From Eledone cirrhosa (taxonomy: Eukaryota): a stretch of 64,000 nucleotides of DNA. Positions 61,909 through 64,000 of the stretch are shown piece by piece; position 1 is the stretch's first letter, and every line of letters begins with the position of its first letter. The position numbers were made by a program, and so were the translations under genes. The stretch lies in NCBI GenBank assembly GCA_964016885.1, contig OZ024740.1:434248001-434312000 (forward strand), in the 5' to 3' direction. The notes beneath the pieces were generated by a model that was not told the origin of the DNA, did no database searches, and was given only the letters and a program-made list of their open reading frames with translations.

Positions 61909-62099
61909 TAATTGTTTCTATTTTAGGCACAAAGCCAGCAATTAACCAGTACATTACTGGTACTTTATTTTATCGACCCCGTAAGGATGAAAGGCAAAGT
62001 TAACTTCGACGGGAATTGAACTCAGATCATAAAGGGACGTAACTCTATGCTTCAAAGCATGGTGTCCGACTCTCTACCGATACTGCCAATCCACCGCCC
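61909..62099 (-). mobile_element. SINE family A, full length with ~10-bp TSD
   Basis: tcacattaat repeated at 61903-61912 and 62100-62109. Confidence 0.87.
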
Positions 62100-63699
62100 T
62101 CACATTAATGTGATATAAATATAACCTCTATGCAGTAACTCGACCTGTTAGAATTAGCCACCAAATCACACTAACACTGTCTTCAGTATAGATCTAAAAA
62201 TATTTGTTTAAGCTTGACTTGTTAAATCCCATTCTACGCCATACACATACGTTTTTTGTTGTTGTTTTTTTGTTGTTTTTTGTTATGCCTATTAAAACAA
62301 AAAAAAACAGTCTTCACATTTTTACGTTTTGAATGTTAGATCCAGATTGAGCTGCTGCTTCTCTGAATTGAGAGATCACAGCTCTGATACTATGGACATG
62401 TGGTTAAAATGTCTCGGGAAAGAATCGCTGGACAGATTGTGCGGGCAAAACCAACTGGTAGGAGACCCACATATACAAAAAACAATCACGTTTTATTCAA
62501 TATCTTAAATAAAACAAGAAAAAAAACACTAAGTCAACCATTTATTAAAGTTTTCCTGTGACTTTATTTGGTGACTTTTTGCCTGTAACTTATTTTCCTG
62601 GATTCAACATCATTCTTCTTCTTCATCCACTTATTCCTGAGAGGGTCGTGGGGGCAGAGTCCTCAAACACTCCTTCCCTATCAAGCAGCCAATATAATGG
62701 CCAGTGGAGTTAAAACAGCTGAGAATAAACTACTATTAACTTGGGGATTTAATTTGAAATAAATTGCAATACAAAATTCCAGGTGATTGTATTTATTTGC
62801 AGAATTAATAGAATGGTTAAAAAATGTTGTTTGATGTCATTCTATCTGATTTAGTAAAGAATCAGCAACAGTTTTGGGTTAAAGAGGGGCCCACTAACAA
62901 GCCCAATATGATATCATGGTTCTGTAAAAAGGCTCCTAGTCCACACTGTAAATGTGGTTAGGGTTAAGAAGGTCATCCAGCCTTACAAAACCTGCCAGAA
63001 ACAAATTCTGTTACAAGTGAGACACAGACTCCCGACCAACCTTGCCTGAAGTGGGACAAAACCGTCCAACCCATGCTAGCGTGGAAGATGTACATTAAAT
63101 GATGATAATGATGATATATGTATATATAGTATTAGCTTAACAATGATAATAATAACAAAGGCAAGTTATTTCACCTATTTCATTTCATTGTTTTACGATC
63201 GGAGAGTTGATCATATTGATATATTGACTGATCTATAGCAGTTATTGAACTGTATACTATCAGACATAATATATAGGTTCAATCATGCCGTCTTCTTCGG
63301 AAACAATAAAGTTAGAATCTTTATTGGTAGTATATAAACAGGGTAGATATAAGAATAGACAAACCATACAAATATATATTCCAGATTACCTCCTTTGATT
63401 GATAAAGATAATGGCAGGAATGTTGTAGGACCTTGTCCCCATCATTTGAGGGGCAAGGGGACAAAGAAGAAGTAGAATAAGAGAGATAGAAGAAGAAGAC
63501 TTTGGAGAGAAAGGAGATAAGATCATAAGAGTTGTGAGTGTATGTTACTGTATTGCTAACTTGAGAAAGTAATATTTAATAAATTAATAATGGTCTGGTG
63601 ATATTAATACACAGTGATTTAAGTTGTATTTAAATTATTTATTTTTGAATATTTATTAGAGTTTAGATAGAATATGATTTTCATTAAGTCAATTTACTA

Positions 63700-63980
63700 G
63701 AAAAACTTGAAATTGAGCCAAATTTCTTGGATAAAGTAATAACAGATAAATCAAGAGAGACAAAACAGTGGGAAGTGGCACATAAAAAATTCTCTTCGTT
63801 CAAAGAAAGCAACGCATGAACAGATCCTCAGTGAAAATGGTGATTATCATACTTTTCAACAGCTGTGTTATTAGTGACAAAGCGTGTTTATCTCCATGAC
63901 AGACAGTTAATCAGACCTTCTACAAAGATGTCATGCAGCAACTTCATAAACAGGTCCAGCGAGTTCAAAAGGACATTGCA
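63700..63980 (+). pseudogene. Decayed mariner transposase fragment
   Basis: PNFLDKVITD, KWH..S.R.KKA, S.VK.V.IILFN, QTVNQTFYKDVMQQL across frameshifts and stops. Confidence 0.75.
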
Positions 63981-64000
63981 GGAGAGACGACTGAAATGGT

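Overview
AT-rich, repeat-saturated animal genomic DNA. The repeat landscape suggests a coleoid cephalopod such as an octopus (inference). The only supported host gene is a + strand choline transporter-like gene (CTL/SLC44A family, closest to the SLC44A2/4/5 group). I traced 17 coding exons by hand (1294..55489). They splice in continuous phase into 539 aa plus stop; the 5' exons lie upstream of the window. One intron (8286..12438) is a clear GT-AG U12-type minor-spliceosome intron. The last intron (28722..55382, 26.7 kb) holds two divergently oriented RTE-clade LINEs, a ~105-bp palindrome between them, and a ~19.7-kb 78-bp satellite with higher-order structure. The other introns carry tRNA-derived SINEs, piggyBac-, mariner-, Tigger- and Helitron-like non-autonomous elements, Penelope-type hammerhead-like motifs and many minisatellites, several of them visibly amplified from transposon fragments. 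Most long ORFs in the ORF track are repeat artefacts. No prokaryotic-type system (CRISPR, operon) is present.
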